From: an uncultured delta proteobacterium
GTDB taxonomy: Bacteria; Myxococcota_A; Polyangia; Polyangiales; JAFGIB01
DNA length: 64,000 nucleotides
NCBI GenBank assembly: GCA_963778655.1
Contig: CAVZVA010000009.1
Span: 1,376,001-1,440,000, forward strand
Direction of reading: 5' to 3'
Shown here: one piece after another, positions 30,024 to 40,962 of the stretch
Layout of the letters: each line of letters starts with the position of its first letter
How positions within the stretch are numbered: the stretch's first letter is position 1
Program-made: the position numbers and the translations under genes
The notes under the pieces: model-generated
Told to the model about the DNA's origin: nothing
Database searches by the model: none
Seen by the model: the letters and a program-made list of their open reading frames with translations, nothing else

Positions 30024-31162
30024 TGCGGCTTGTCCTCGGGCTTGGCGGGCGCCGCCGGGGCCGGTACGGGAACGCGCGTGGTGGTCGCATTGGTGTGGCC
30101 GCTCTCCACCTGCTTCTCGAGCTGGTCCACGATCTCTTTGGTCAGGCCCTTGCCGCCCTTGCCTTGCGCGAGCTGCTTGCGCAGCGCGTCGACGATCTGC
30201 TTGGTCAGCACCGGTTTCTGCGCGCTGGCGCCCGGTCCTTGCTCGGTGGAGGCGCTGCCGGCACCCACCGCGGCTGGCAGGTCCACGCGCAGCTTGGGCG
30301 CGTCCAGCTCGACCGAGAGCTCGGCCAGCAAAGTCTCGGCGTCGGTCACGATGTCCTCGAAGCGTACGCCCTCGCCCGGCGGCCGCGCGCGCTCGGCCTT
30401 GACCATGGCCTGCAGGCGATCGGCGGCCTTCTGCTTCTGGCCCTGCGCGATCTCCATCCGTGCCACGTGGTAGTCGGAGACAGCCTTGTAAGCGCCGTGC
30501 TGCAGCCCGGCGATGCGCTCGAAGCGCTGCTGGGCATCGGCGTACTTGCCCTGCGCCTCGAGCGCGAAGCCCAGCCCTTCGAGCGCGCGCCACTCCAGGA
30601 ACGGGTCGAGGCCCTTGTGCGCGACCAGCCCGGCGTACAGCTTTTGCGCGTCGGCGGGCTTGTGCAGCTCGAGCAACGCGTCCGCCTCGCCCAGGCTGCT
30701 CCAGAGCGCCGCCGGGGTGCTCGGATAACGTTTGACCACATTGCTGAATTCGGCGCGCGCCTTGCGCGCCCGCGCGTCCGCGCTGGCGTACGACTCCTCG
30801 GGCGCGGGCCCCTCGGGCTCGCTGCCAGGTGCGATCACCGGCGCGGTCGTCGTGGCGAGCGCGCCGTCCAGTAACTCGGTGGCCTTGTGTGCGCTGCGGT
30901 CGAGCTGGCTCGCGATCACGAAGGCGGCGATCACCCCAAGCACGCACGCGCCCACGCCGAGCCAGAGCGCGCGCTGGTGGCTCGTGTACCAGGACTGCGC
31001 CGCGCGCACGCCCTTGCTGATCTGCGAGGGCATGATCGGCGCCGTGCCACGCTTGGCGGCCTTGGCCGCGGCCTTGGCCGCGCGGCGCGCCGCCAGGCGG
31101 CTGGCGGCCGACGAGCGGGCCGCGGCTTCGCCTTTGTTTTCCTCGCCTTGCGCCACCGCCAT
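30020..31162 (-). CDS. YfgM-like TM-TPR protein
   Basis: Single TM, VVKRYPST.AA motif, TPR helices; yfgM-bamB synteny. Confidence 0.75.
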   Translation of the reverse strand: MAVAQGEENKGEAAARSSAASRLAARRAAKAAAKAAKRGTAPIMPSQISKGVRAAQSWYTSHQRALWLGVGACVLGVIAAFVIASQLDRSAHKATELLDGALATTTAPVIAPGSEPEGPAPEESYASADARARKARAEFSNVVKRYPSTPAALWSSLGEADALLELHKPADAQKLYAGLVAHKGLDPFLEWRALEGLGFALEAQGKYADAQQRFERIAGLQHGAYKAVSDYHVARMEIAQGQKQKAADRLQAMVKAERARPPGEGVRFEDIVTDAETLLAELSVELDAPKLRVDLPAAVGAGSASTEQGPGASAQKPVLTKQIVDALRKQLAQGKGGKGLTKEIVDQLEKQVESGHTNATTTRVPVPAPAAPAKPEDKPQ

Positions 31163-31269
31163 GCTCCAGCGTACCTCGCGCTCCTGGGCTGCGCCCTGGA
31201 GTCAGCCGCCTTATACACTCGGCCGATCCCAAGTCAAATGCGGCAGGTTTCGACAAGCCCGCGCGCTGC

Positions 31270-31839
31270 GTGCTATCAGCGCCCGTGCGCTGCCGCCGTC
31301 GGAGATCGCAACCGCGGCGGCGGCGGGAGATCGCCGCTGTCGCGGCGCTGGCTTTGCTGCTGTGCGTGGCACCCGCCGGGCGGGCGCGTGCCTACGAGGA
31401 TCAGTGGACGCTCGGGATGGGCGCCGGCTATGCCCACGCGCCGACCGCCAGCCTGCCGCGGCACGGCGCGCTGTTCGAGCTGTCGGGCAGCATGGGCCTG
31501 AGCGCGACGCTTTCGCTGCGGGCGCGGCTTTCGTATGCGTTCCATCCCGCCGATCGCCCGCTCCACGTCGGGCTCGCCGGGGCGGACCTGCTGTACCTGG
31601 TCGACGTGCTGGAGGTGGTGCCCTACTTCGGCGCGGGCCTGGACGGCGTGGGGCGCGCGCGCGGCGGCAGCCTGCGCATGGACGGAGCGGTCCACCTGGT
31701 GGCCGGGCTCGACTATCTGGCTTCGCGCCAGCTCGCGCTGGAGCTCGACCTGCGGCCTTATCTCCTGTTCACCGCGCTGCACCGAGCACCCGTGTACCTG
31801 ACCGCGACGCTGTCCGTGGTGTGGATGTTCGAGCGCTGA
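31270..31839 (+). CDS. Putative small outer-membrane beta-barrel protein
   Basis: Signal peptide ending [14 protein letters not shown] and similar beta-strands; start uncertain. Confidence 0.65.
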   Translation: MLSAPVRCRRRRSQPRRRREIAAVAALALLLCVAPAGRARAYEDQWTLGMGAGYAHAPTASLPRHGALFELSGSMGLSATLSLRARLSYAFHPADRPLHVGLAGADLLYLVDVLEVVPYFGAGLDGVGRARGGSLRMDGAVHLVAGLDYLASRQLALELDLRPYLLFTALHRAPVYLTATLSVVWMFER

Positions 31840-32269
31840 GCGGCGCGCCGGGCGGCCCGGCCGGCGATGCGGCAGGCGCCCTGCCCTGCGCGCACGCTGC
31901 GACGCACACCAGCGCCCCCAGCCGCTGCAGCGTGCGCGGTCCGATGCCGCGCACGCGCGCCAGCTCCGGCACGCGCGCGAAGCGGCCGTGCAGGCGTCGA
32001 TCGGCGACGATCCGACGTGCGAGCGTGGGCCCGATGCCAGGCAGCAGCTCGAGGTCGGCGGCGCTGGCGCGGTTGAGGTCGAGCTTCCGGCCGGCGCGCA
32101 GCGCGCGAACCGCCGCGGCGCCGGGCGCGCGCGCCGGATGCCTCGCCCCCGCATCGGGCTTGGCGAGCGCCGCTGCGGGCGGCGGTGGCTCGCGGCCGTG
32201 ACGCAGCGCGCAGAGCGCCAGCGCTACCACCACACAGCCGAGCGCCCCGAGCGTGGCGCGATCGCGCAT
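31769..32269 (-). CDS. comEA: ComEA-family helix-hairpin-helix DNA-binding protein
   Basis: [26 protein letters not shown]...GRF....EL.RVRGIGP. Confidence 0.85.
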   Translation of the reverse strand: MRDRATLGALGCVVVALALCALRHGREPPPPAAALAKPDAGARHPARAPGAAAVRALRAGRKLDLNRASAADLELLPGIGPTLARRIVADRRLHGRFARVPELARVRGIGPRTLQRLGALVCVAACAQGRAPAASPAGPPGAPLSARTSTPRTASRSGTRVLGAAR

Positions 32270-32321
32270 GATGCCGGTTATCGGTCCGGGATCGGGCCGG
32301 TTGCGCGCGCGGCGCGGCGAG

Positions 32322-32825
32322 CTACTTGGGCGCGCTCTGCGAAGGCTGGGGCGCAGGCTTGGCCTGCTGCTTGGGCTGGCCCGGCGCGGGTGTGCCGTCG
32401 TCGCCCGGCGCAGCCGAATCGGGCGGCGGCTCGGCCTCGCCCGGCGCCGGGGCCGGTTTGGGCGCCACCGGCTGCCCGTAGTCCTCGGCGAGCTTGCGCG
32501 TCAGGTGGTCGAGCAGCATCTGCTCGACGTAGCTGGGCATGGCCGGGATCTGCACCACCACGCGCGCGGTTTCGCGGCCTCGGGCGCTGCTCCGCACTAC
32601 CTCGACGCTGCCCGGATAGGCCTTGCCGGAATCTGGATATTCGAACAGAAAGTATCCAGAATCCTTGTCTTTTTCTGTGATGGGACTCTCGAAGTCCACG
32701 CGCAGCATGCGGATCGCCGCGGTCCACACGCTGACATAGGGATAGGCGTAGGTCTGCTCGCGCCGCGCCTGGGCCCCCCCGGCCCAGAGCAGAACGACAG
32801 CCAAAGCCAAGCCAAGCGATCGCAT
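32322..32825 (-). CDS. Hypothetical secreted protein
   Basis: Signal peptide ending AQA; globular domain plus Pro-rich tail. Confidence 0.7.
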   Translation of the reverse strand: MRSLGLALAVVLLWAGGAQARREQTYAYPYVSVWTAAIRMLRVDFESPITEKDKDSGYFLFEYPDSGKAYPGSVEVVRSSARGRETARVVVQIPAMPSYVEQMLLDHLTRKLAEDYGQPVAPKPAPAPGEAEPPPDSAAPGDDGTPAPGQPKQQAKPAPQPSQSAPK

Positions 32826-32887
32826 CGCGCCTGGTTGTGCTCCCGCTCGGCCCCGAACGCCAAATTTTCAGCAGGTTCCGAGCCCCA

Positions 32888-34027
32888 TCACAGCACCGGG
32901 GGGCGGTCCGTCTCGGGCAGGGTAATCAGGTCGCGCATGTGCAGCTTGAGCGCGTACAGCGGGATCACCCCAGCGAGGATCATCACGCTCGATTGCAGCA
33001 AGTACAGCAGGAAGATGAACACCGCGCCCTGTGCGCCGACCAGGCTCTCGGCCAGGTACATGCGCAGCGCGGCCGAGACCGCCAGCTGGAAGTTTCCGAA
33101 CAGACCGGGTCCGGTCGGCAGCAGGATGCCGATCGCCAGCACCCCCATGATGGCGGCAGCGTGGCCGAGCCCGAGGGGCAGGCCGCAGCCGACCGCCAGC
33201 AGCCAAACGCCGGCCGCGTTGCAGCCCCAGTACAGCGCCGACTCGAACAGAAAGCCGAGCGCGAGCCTGGCGTCGGAGATGGAGCGGATGCCGTCGGCCA
33301 CGTTGCCGACCTTGGTCGCGAGCGTCTCCGCGAGCGCCGGCGAGACCAGCCCCAGGCTGAGGCGCGTCAACCGCATCGCCAGCGTGCGCTGCCACAGAAA
33401 CAGCGCGAGCGCGGCGAACGCGCAGGCGAACACCGCGAGCGCGGCATAGCCGTAGGTGGGCAGGTGCGCTGCGATCGGATCGGCGGTGTGCACGCGCGGC
33501 AGTGCGAGCAGCGCCCAGGCCACGCACAGGCTGGTGATCAGGCCGTCCAGCACGCGCTCGACAGCGACCGTGCCCAGGCCGACCGAGATCGGGATCGCGT
33601 GCCTGAGCTTGGTCAGCGCGGGCCGCGCGATCTCGCCCAGGCGCAGCGGCAGCGCGAAGATCGCGAAGAAGCCGATCCAGTTGAGCAGCAGCACGTCGCG
33701 AAACGGCACGTGCTTGACCGGCGCGATCAGGAAGCGCCAGCGGCTGGCGCGGAAGAAGTGCACCAGCAGCAGCGAGAGCAGGTAGACCGGCACGGTCCAG
33801 GGACGGATGGCGCGCAGGCGCTCGGGCGCGGGCAGCAGCGGCAGGCCGCCGCGCTCGGCCAGCCACGCGAACAGCGCGCCGAGCGCGATCGAGACCAACA
33901 GCTTGGGCAGGATGCGCGCGAGCAGCGAGCGCGGCTCGGGCGCGTGCCCCCCGGACCGCCGCCGCGCGTGCTGCTGCGGCGCGTGGTCGGACGCCGCGGC
34001 CTGTGGGCTGGACGCCGGCAAGCTCAT
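32888..34027 (-). CDS. Lysylphosphatidylglycerol synthase TM-domain (UPF0104 flippase-like) protein
   Basis: RASRWRFL, LPLRLGEIARP, VERVLD, LPTGPG.FG motifs. Confidence 0.85.
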   Translation of the reverse strand: MSLPASSPQAAASDHAPQQHARRRSGGHAPEPRSLLARILPKLLVSIALGALFAWLAERGGLPLLPAPERLRAIRPWTVPVYLLSLLLVHFFRASRWRFLIAPVKHVPFRDVLLLNWIGFFAIFALPLRLGEIARPALTKLRHAIPISVGLGTVAVERVLDGLITSLCVAWALLALPRVHTADPIAAHLPTYGYAALAVFACAFAALALFLWQRTLAMRLTRLSLGLVSPALAETLATKVGNVADGIRSISDARLALGFLFESALYWGCNAAGVWLLAVGCGLPLGLGHAAAIMGVLAIGILLPTGPGLFGNFQLAVSAALRMYLAESLVGAQGAVFIFLLYLLQSSVMILAGVIPLYALKLHMRDLITLPETDRPPVL

Positions 34028-34749
34028 CGCTCGACGTCGCCCTGCAGGATGGCGCGCGGCTGCCGGCACAGCAGCAGCTCGGCGCCGTCGGGGCCGACCA
34101 GCTCCAGCAGCCGCTCGATCGCCTCGGCCACGGTCTCGGCGTCCTGCGGGCGGTGGCAGTCGCTGCAGGCGGCGAAGTAGAGCTCCTCCTCCAGCATGCG
34201 CTCGGCGGTGCGGCGCGGGCGCCGCCCGTACTTGCCGGTCAGCGACATCAGGTCGAGCTGCGCCAGACAGCCGAGCTCCAGCACGCGCTCGATCGGGGCG
34301 CTCGAGCCGAACAGGGCCGGGTAGCGCTCGGGGTGCGCCAGCACAGGCCGCACCGCGCGCACCTGCATGCGGAACACGCGGTCGGCCAGCCCCAGCGGGA
34401 TGTGGTCCGGCGGCAGCTCGATCAGCGCCGCCTTGCCGCCCGTATAGGGCAGCGCCTGGTCGCGCTCGAACAGGCTCCAGAACACGTCGTCGCAGAAGTG
34501 CTCGGCGCCCAGCAGCAGCTCCGGCAGGTCGGGTGCGCCGGCCGCCTGCTCGACGAAGCGCGCGAAGCGCTGCTCGAGGTCGTCGCGGCGGTTCTCGAAC
34601 ATTGCGGTACGGATGTGGGGCGTGGCCGCCAGCGTGGCGTAGCCGAGTCGGCCCAGCGCCTGGCACAGGGCCAGGCCTTCCTCGAAGCTGCGCACCCCGT
34701 CGTCGACCCCGGGCAGGTAATGGCAGTGCAGGTCGACCAGGCCTTGCAT
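34024..34749 (-). CDS. PHP-family protein-tyrosine phosphatase (CpsB/CapC/YwqE-like)
   Basis: DLHCHYLPGVDDG, ATPH, LAHPERY, SDCH. Confidence 0.9.
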   Translation of the reverse strand: MQGLVDLHCHYLPGVDDGVRSFEEGLALCQALGRLGYATLAATPHIRTAMFENRRDDLEQRFARFVEQAAGAPDLPELLLGAEHFCDDVFWSLFERDQALPYTGGKAALIELPPDHIPLGLADRVFRMQVRAVRPVLAHPERYPALFGSSAPIERVLELGCLAQLDLMSLTGKYGRRPRRTAERMLEEELYFAACSDCHRPQDAETVAEAIERLLELVGPDGAELLLCRQPRAILQGDVER

Positions 34750-36122
34750 CAGCTCGGCTGCTCCCTTCCAATCTCGTCGATCGCGCGCAGCAGGTCGTCG
34801 CGCTGGTTGAGATCGGGGCGCTCGAGGACGCGTTGTAGCAGCTCTTCGAGCACTTTGCCGACGATCGGGCCCGGACGCACGTCCAGGCGCTGCATCACGT
34901 CGCGGCCGTCGACCGCCAGGTCCCTGATCCCGAAAGCCGCGCCCTGCTCGCGGGCCTGCTCGATGCGCTCGCGCAGCTCCTGCAGCGCGCGCAGCTCGCC
35001 TTCGACCGGCAGGCCCTTGGCCAACGCGTCGGCGCGCGCGAGCTGCAGCAGGTCGTCCACCCGCTCGAGCCCCACGCGGCGCACGAAGCGGCGCACGGCC
35101 GCGTCCGACCAGTCGCTCGAGTAGCAGACCAGGTGCTGGCGCACCAGGTGCACCACCTGCTCGCGCTCCTCGTTGGAGAAGCGGTAGCGCTTGAGCCACA
35201 CGTCGGCCATGCCCGCGCCCACCACCTCGTGGTTGTAGAAGGTGAAGTCCGAGGTCTTCTCGGAGAGCGCGCGCGTACGCGGCTTGCCCAGATCGTGCAG
35301 CAAGCCCGCAAGCCGGTGCAGCGGCCCGAGCTCGCAGGCGTCCATGCACTTGAGCGAGTGCGTCCAGACGTCATAGGCGTGAAAGCGGTTCTGCGCGCAG
35401 CCGACCTGCTCCTGCAGCTCCGGGCAGGTCACTTCCAGCACCCCTGTCGTGCGCATCAGCTCGAAGCCACGCGAGGGCTCGCGGGCTTGCAGCGTGCGCA
35501 GCCATTCGTCGCGCACGCGCTCGGGCGAGACGCGCCGGAACGAGTCGAGCGCGGCGCTGATCGCGTCGCGGGTGTGGGGCTCGATCTGGAGCTCGAGCGT
35601 GGCGACGAAGCGCGCCGCCCGCAGCACCCGCAAGCCGTCCTCGGCGAAGCGCTCCTCGGGCCTGCCGACCGTGCGTAACAGCGCGGCGCGCATGTCGCCG
35701 AGCCCGCCGAAGGGGTCGATCAGGCGACCGGTCAGCGGGTCGTAGGCCAGCGCGTTGATGGTGAAGTCTCGCCGCGACAGGTCGCGCTCGATGTCGGTGA
35801 TGAAGTGGACGCTGTCGGGGCGGCGCGCGTCGGAGTAGCCGCCCTCCCCTCGCAAGGTCGTGATCTCGTAGCCGGAGTCACGCCACAGCACGGTGACCGT
35901 GCCGTGCTCGATACCGGTCGGGATCACACGTTTGAACAGCCCCATGATCTGCCGAGGCGTCGCGCTGGTGGCCAGGTCCCAGTCCTTGGGCGTGCGCTCC
36001 ATCAACAGGTCGCGCAGGCTGCCGCCCACCAGCCACGCGCGGTAGCCGCCCTGCTCGATGCGCCGGCACAGCTCCAGCACGGGCTCCGGAATCGCGCCGC
36101 TCTTGACCTGAGACACCACCAT
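34749..36122 (-). CDS. cca: CCA tRNA nucleotidyltransferase with HD domain
   Basis: VGGSLRD, DWDLAT, RRDFTINA, EDGLRVLRAARF, LLHDLGKP. Confidence 0.88.
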   Translation of the reverse strand: MVVSQVKSGAIPEPVLELCRRIEQGGYRAWLVGGSLRDLLMERTPKDWDLATSATPRQIMGLFKRVIPTGIEHGTVTVLWRDSGYEITTLRGEGGYSDARRPDSVHFITDIERDLSRRDFTINALAYDPLTGRLIDPFGGLGDMRAALLRTVGRPEERFAEDGLRVLRAARFVATLELQIEPHTRDAISAALDSFRRVSPERVRDEWLRTLQAREPSRGFELMRTTGVLEVTCPELQEQVGCAQNRFHAYDVWTHSLKCMDACELGPLHRLAGLLHDLGKPRTRALSEKTSDFTFYNHEVVGAGMADVWLKRYRFSNEEREQVVHLVRQHLVCYSSDWSDAAVRRFVRRVGLERVDDLLQLARADALAKGLPVEGELRALQELRERIEQAREQGAAFGIRDLAVDGRDVMQRLDVRPGPIVGKVLEELLQRVLERPDLNQRDDLLRAIDEIGREQPS

Positions 36123-36325
36123 GGGAACCGCCGCAGCCCCGGCGTCCGCTTTTCGGCCGGGGCCGCGGGCAGGCCCGCATGCTGACGCTGCCGGGGCCGG
36201 GCGGCAACTGCGGCGGCTCCGGCCGGGGCGTTTCGGGGCACCCTGGGGCTCCTCTGGCCCGTTGAGAACATTGCGAAAAAGGCATGAAGCCGGAGCGAGC
36301 GGCCTGCTATGCTGCCTGAGCCGCC

Positions 36326-39300
36326 ATGAACCGTTGGCTCCGACCGCTCCTCGTGCTGTTCGCCGTTAGCGCGGCGTTCTGCATCACGTTCGTCTGGCCG
36401 CAACACAACGGCCTCAATTTCGATATCGACACCTCGCCGCGGGCGCAGGCCGCCAAGACGCGCGTGCCCTATGACCTGTCGCAGGTGCGCGTCCTGAAGG
36501 CGGTGATCACCAAGATCAACCAGAACTACGTCGAGCCCGACCGCATCGACCACCGCAAGATGCTGCTTGCCGGGCTCAACGCGATTCAGGGCAGCGTGCC
36601 GCCGGTGATCGTTCACTACGAGCCGGGCGAGCCCACCTTCAAGGTCCAGGTCAACGACAAGTGGGGCGAGTTCCGCCTGGACGACGTCAACTCGCCGTGG
36701 TCCCTCACCTGGCGCTTCCAGGAGGTGTTTCGCTTTCTCCAGAAGCACCTCGAGCAGGACGAGGACATCAAACTGCGCGAGGTCGAGTACGCGGCGGTCA
36801 ACGGCATGCTGCGCACGCTCGACCCGCACTCGGTGCTGCTCACGCCCGACGAGTACTCCGAGATGCAGCTCAGCACGCGCGGCGAGTTCGGCGGGCTCGG
36901 CATCGTGATCTCGATCCGCGACGACCAGCTCACCGTGATCCGGCCGATGCCGGGCACCCCCGCCACCCGCGCCGGGCTCAAGAGCAAGGACCGCATCGTC
37001 AAGATCGACGAGGAAGCCACGGTCAACATGCCGCTCGAGGAGGCCGTGCAGCGCCTGCGCGGCACGCCGGGCTCGAGCGTCGCGGTGTGGATCGTGCGCG
37101 AAGGCCCCAAGGGCTGGAAGACCCCCAAGCGCTTCGATCTGGTGCGCGCGGTGATCCACGTCGACTCGGTCGAGTCGCGCATGCTGAGCGGCGGCATCGG
37201 CTATCTGCGGGTCAGCAACTTCCAGTCCAACACCTGCGACGACATCGAGGCCGCGCTGGCCAAGCTGCACAAGGACAACCTCAAGGGCCTGGTGCTCGAT
37301 CTGCGCGACAACCCGGGCGGCCTGCTGCAGCAGGCGGTCTGCGTGGCCGACATCTTCCTGTCGAGCGGTACGATCGTGACCACTTCGTCCAACGACCCCG
37401 AGAAGGCGGAGCGCAAGCTCGCGCGTGCCGAGGGCACCGAGCCAAACTATCCGATGGTGGTGCTGCAGAACGGCGGCAGCGCTTCGGCCAGCGAAATCGT
37501 CTCCGGCGCGCTGAAGAACCACGACCGCGCGTTGATCGTGGGCGAGCGCACCTTCGGCAAGGGCTCGGTCCAGGTCCTCTACAGCGACGACAACGACGGC
37601 TGGGCGCTCAAGCTGACCATCGCCCAGTACCTGACCCCCGGCGACATCTCGATCCAGGGCGTGGGTATCGTGCCCGACGTCGAGATCGAGCCGATGACCG
37701 TGGACGCCGACGACATGGACCTGTTCGTCGACACCGGATATCTGCGCGAGTCGGATCTGGCCGCGCACCTCACCCACAGCCGCGCGCACGGCGGCCAGAA
37801 GCCCGCGCACGTGGTGCGCTACTACCTGCCGGAGGAGACGCGCGAGCGGTTGCGCGAGGCGCGCCCCGAGGACCTCGAGGAGAACGAGCGCGAGGACGAG
37901 TTCCTCACCCGCTTCGCCGGCGAGCTGCTCGTGCAGGCCAAGCACTCGGCGCGCCGCGACCTGCTGCGCGACGCCGACCCGGTGATCGAGGCGACGCGTG
38001 CCAAGGAGATGGCGCGCGCCACGGCCGAGCTGCACAAGCTCGGCGTCGATTGGGCGGAAGGCCCCGACCAGGGGGCGAGCCCGGTCGCGGTCAGCGTCAG
38101 CACCGACCGCAAGGACAACGTGGGCGTCGCCGGCCAGCCCTTCGACCTCCAGGTCACGGTGGAGAACCAGGGCAAGGAACCGCTCTACCAGCTGCGCGCC
38201 ACGACCAAGAGCGACAACCGTCTATTCAGCGAGCGCGAGTTGGTGTTCGGCAAGCTGATGCCCGGCGAAAAGCGCAGCTGGAGCACCACGCTCGGCATCT
38301 GCAAGACCGACCAGTCCAGCCAGAAGCGCGAGTGCCGCCTGCCCGAGACGCTGCGCGACCGCGCCGACGGCATCCGCATCAACTTCGACGAGGAGCACGG
38401 GCACACCCCGCCCAGCACCGAGATTCGCACCCGGGTCGACGCCGTCGAGGTGCCGCAGTTTGCCTACACCGTGCATGTCGCCGACGACGGGCGCGGCAAC
38501 GGCGACGGACAGGTGCAGGTCGGCGAGCTGGCCACCGTGTACATGCGTATCCGTAACGTCGGCAAGGGCACCAGCAAGCAGACCGTGGCGAACCTGCGCA
38601 ACCTGAGCGGTCCGGGGATTCTCATTCACGCCGGACGCTTCCAGCTCAACGAGCTGAAGCCGGGCCAGGAAGCGATGGTGGCGTTCAAGTTCGAGGTGCT
38701 GCCGGACTTCCACGAGAGCGAAGCCAAGCTGGAAGCCTCGGTGGTCGACGAGCTGCTGCGCGAGGCGGGCGGCCAGAAGCTGGTCATCCCGATCGCGAAG
38801 CCGGACTCGCATCCTGTGGAGCCAGGCTCTGGCACGGCCGTGGCGCGCGTCTCGGCCGAGGTGCTCGAGAGCCCGCACCCCGGCGCCAAGGTAATCGCGC
38901 AGGTCGAAGGCGGGCCGCTCAGCTTGCCGGTGCAGGCCAAGCTCGGAGACTTCGACCGCGTTGACCTGGGTCAGGGACGGCCAGGCTGGATCGCCGAGCG
39001 CGACTTGCGCGGCGGCGCCGGCAAGGGCGGGCATCTGGTCGACGTCCTGGCCCGCATGCCGCCACGGCTCGACGTGGACTATGGCGGTACGCTGGTGACC
39101 CGCGACCCGCTGCTACGGCTCAAGGGTCGCGCGGTGGACGACAGCATCGTGCGCGATCTCTACGTGTTCGTCGGGTCGCACAAGGTCTTCTACCAGTCCA
39201 ATCGCAACGCTCCGGACCCCAAGCAGGTCACTTTTGATACGACGGTTCCCCTGCGGCCGGGCATCAACTACGTGACCGTGGTTGCGCGCGAGGACAACGA

Positions 39301-39424
39301 GGTAATCTCGCGCAAGACCTTCATCGTGCGCAGAGACGCGCCCGATGGCTCGCTGATGGAGACTCCCAAGGAGAGCGAGGAAGACTTCTACGACCTGATG
39401 GAAGGTGGTGGCGGCGAGGAGTGA
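36326..39424 (+). CDS. S41 carboxyl-terminal processing protease, extended myxobacterial (MXAN_5808-like) form
   Basis: LDPHS, PDZ GLGI, DLRDNPGG, SASASEIV, TFGKGSVQ, long Ig-like C-terminal extension. Confidence 0.9.
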   Translation: MNRWLRPLLVLFAVSAAFCITFVWPQHNGLNFDIDTSPRAQAAKTRVPYDLSQVRVLKAVITKINQNYVEPDRIDHRKMLLAGLNAIQGSVPPVIVHYEPGEPTFKVQVNDKWGEFRLDDVNSPWSLTWRFQEVFRFLQKHLEQDEDIKLREVEYAAVNGMLRTLDPHSVLLTPDEYSEMQLSTRGEFGGLGIVISIRDDQLTVIRPMPGTPATRAGLKSKDRIVKIDEEATVNMPLEEAVQRLRGTPGSSVAVWIVREGPKGWKTPKRFDLVRAVIHVDSVESRMLSGGIGYLRVSNFQSNTCDDIEAALAKLHKDNLKGLVLDLRDNPGGLLQQAVCVADIFLSSGTIVTTSSNDPEKAERKLARAEGTEPNYPMVVLQNGGSASASEIVSGALKNHDRALIVGERTFGKGSVQVLYSDDNDGWALKLTIAQYLTPGDISIQGVGIVPDVEIEPMTVDADDMDLFVDTGYLRESDLAAHLTHSRAHGGQKPAHVVRYYLPEETRERLREARPEDLEENEREDEFLTRFAGELLVQAKHSARRDLLRDADPVIEATRAKEMARATAELHKLGVDWAEGPDQGASPVAVSVSTDRKDNVGVAGQPFDLQVTVENQGKEPLYQLRATTKSDNRLFSERELVFGKLMPGEKRSWSTTLGICKTDQSSQKRECRLPETLRDRADGIRINFDEEHGHTPPSTEIRTRVDAVEVPQFAYTVHVADDGRGNGDGQVQVGELATVYMRIRNVGKGTSKQTVANLRNLSGPGILIHAGRFQLNELKPGQEAMVAFKFEVLPDFHESEAKLEASVVDELLREAGGQKLVIPIAKPDSHPVEPGSGTAVARVSAEVLESPHPGAKVIAQVEGGPLSLPVQAKLGDFDRVDLGQGRPGWIAERDLRGGAGKGGHLVDVLARMPPRLDVDYGGTLVTRDPLLRLKGRAVDDSIVRDLYVFVGSHKVFYQSNRNAPDPKQVTFDTTVPLRPGINYVTVVAREDNEVISRKTFIVRRDAPDGSLMETPKESEEDFYDLMEGGGGEE

Positions 39425-39443
39425 GCGCCACCTGCGGGGCACC

Positions 39444-40055
39444 ATGCGAATCGTCTGTCTGGACCTGGAAGGGGTTCTGATCCCCGAGGTGTGGATCAAC
39501 GTGGCGGAGCGGACCGGGATAGCCGACCTGCGGCTGACCACCCGCGACATTCCGAGCTACGACGTGCTGATGCGGCGGCGGCTGGGGATCCTGGACCAGC
39601 ACCGCCTCGGCCTGCCTGAGATCCAGCAGGTGATCGCGAGCATGGACTGTCTGGAAGGTGCCAAGGCGTTTCTGGACGCCCTACGCGAGCGCTACCAGGT
39701 GATCATCCTGTCGGACACCTTCTACGAGTTTGCGGCACCGTTCATGCGCAAGCTGGGCTGGCCCACCCTGTTCTGCCACTCGCTCGAGGTTGAGCCGGGC
39801 GGGCACATCTCCGGCTACCGGCTGCGGCAGCAGGACCCCAAGCGGCACGCGGTTCGGGCCCTGCGCGGGCTCAACTTCCGTGTGGTCGCGGCCGGGGACT
39901 CCTACAACGACACGGCCATGCTGGCCGAGGCCGACGCCGGGATCCTGTTCTGCGCGCCCGAGAAGGTGCGGGCGGAGTTCCCCCAGTTCCCCCATGTCAC
40001 CAGCTACCCTGCGCTCGCTGCGGAGCTCGACGCCGCATTCGCACGGCTAAGTTAG
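39444..40055 (+). CDS. thrH: Bifunctional phosphoserine phosphatase / homoserine phosphotransferase
   Basis: CLDLEGVL.PE.W, TTRDIP.YD.LM, LSDTFYEF, AGDSYNDT. Confidence 0.93.
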   Translation: MRIVCLDLEGVLIPEVWINVAERTGIADLRLTTRDIPSYDVLMRRRLGILDQHRLGLPEIQQVIASMDCLEGAKAFLDALRERYQVIILSDTFYEFAAPFMRKLGWPTLFCHSLEVEPGGHISGYRLRQQDPKRHAVRALRGLNFRVVAAGDSYNDTAMLAEADAGILFCAPEKVRAEFPQFPHVTSYPALAAELDAAFARLS

Positions 40056-40208
40056 CGAACCTGGGCGTGATTTTGCCCTACAGTTCCTACACTGTGTGCT
40101 TGCGGCAACTTTACACCTGAGGCAAAGGGTGGTAACGGCCGCTCCAGCGCGCCTGGGTGCTCGGGCCGCTCCGGGCGCCATCCAACCGACCCGCCGCTTT
40201 GGGGGAAC

Positions 40209-40838
40209 ATGCCCAGTCCATCGAGCAAGTTCAGTGCCAGCAAGACGAGCCCGCGATCGCCCAGCCACACGCGTCTGGTTGCGACCAAGACGGCCAAGCC
40301 CCAGAAGGTGGCTGCCGGCTCGAAGGCCCGCACCAACCCCCCGCCGAGCCTCCAGAAGAGCTCCCGCTGGCCCAAGGGCAAGGCCGCTTCGGTCTCCCCC
40401 CCGCCGGCCGGCGGGACGCGCGCGGCCGCGCCCGCCGAGGATCGGACCAGCCGAAGCGGTCTGTCCAAGACCGAGCTCAAGGCCCAGTTCGCCAAGCTCT
40501 CGGCCGCCGTCGCTCAGATCAACGCGCTCAAGCGCTCTCTGAACAAGAGCTTCTACGATATCGGCGTGCTGCTGAATCAAGTCCGCGACGAACGGATGTA
40601 CGAGGTCAAGGGATACGGCTCCATGGAATCATTCGTGGAACGCGAGATCGATCTCAACAAGGCGGTGTGCCTGAAGACCGCACGCATTGCCGAGGTCATC
40701 CTGCGCGACCAGGCGCTCGCCGCTGGCCTCGATCGGGCCGCCGCCGCGGTTGCGGCGCTGGACGGCGAGACCGAGTCGTCTCCTCTGCTTCGACCCGCCG
40801 GCAGCCCGGCAGGTGGCGTTCCGCTGCACAAGCAGTAG
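40209..40838 (+). CDS. Hypothetical protein: basic disordered N-terminus plus helical DUF3102-like domain
   Basis: K/S/P-rich N-terminus; FYDIG.LL..VRD...Y...GY.S.E.FVERE motif. Confidence 0.6.
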   Translation: MPSPSSKFSASKTSPRSPSHTRLVATKTAKPQKVAAGSKARTNPPPSLQKSSRWPKGKAASVSPPPAGGTRAAAPAEDRTSRSGLSKTELKAQFAKLSAAVAQINALKRSLNKSFYDIGVLLNQVRDERMYEVKGYGSMESFVEREIDLNKAVCLKTARIAEVILRDQALAAGLDRAAAAVAALDGETESSPLLRPAGSPAGGVPLHKQ

Positions 40839-40962
40839 TGGTTCCCGCAGGTGATGCGTATCCCCGCATGAGCCCGCAAGGCCGCCAGCCACGGCGTGTG
40901 TCCTGCAGCCGTTTCCACTCCTCGAAGCGCGCGGGGGCGCGCCGTCAACCGGAGGCTCGCCG

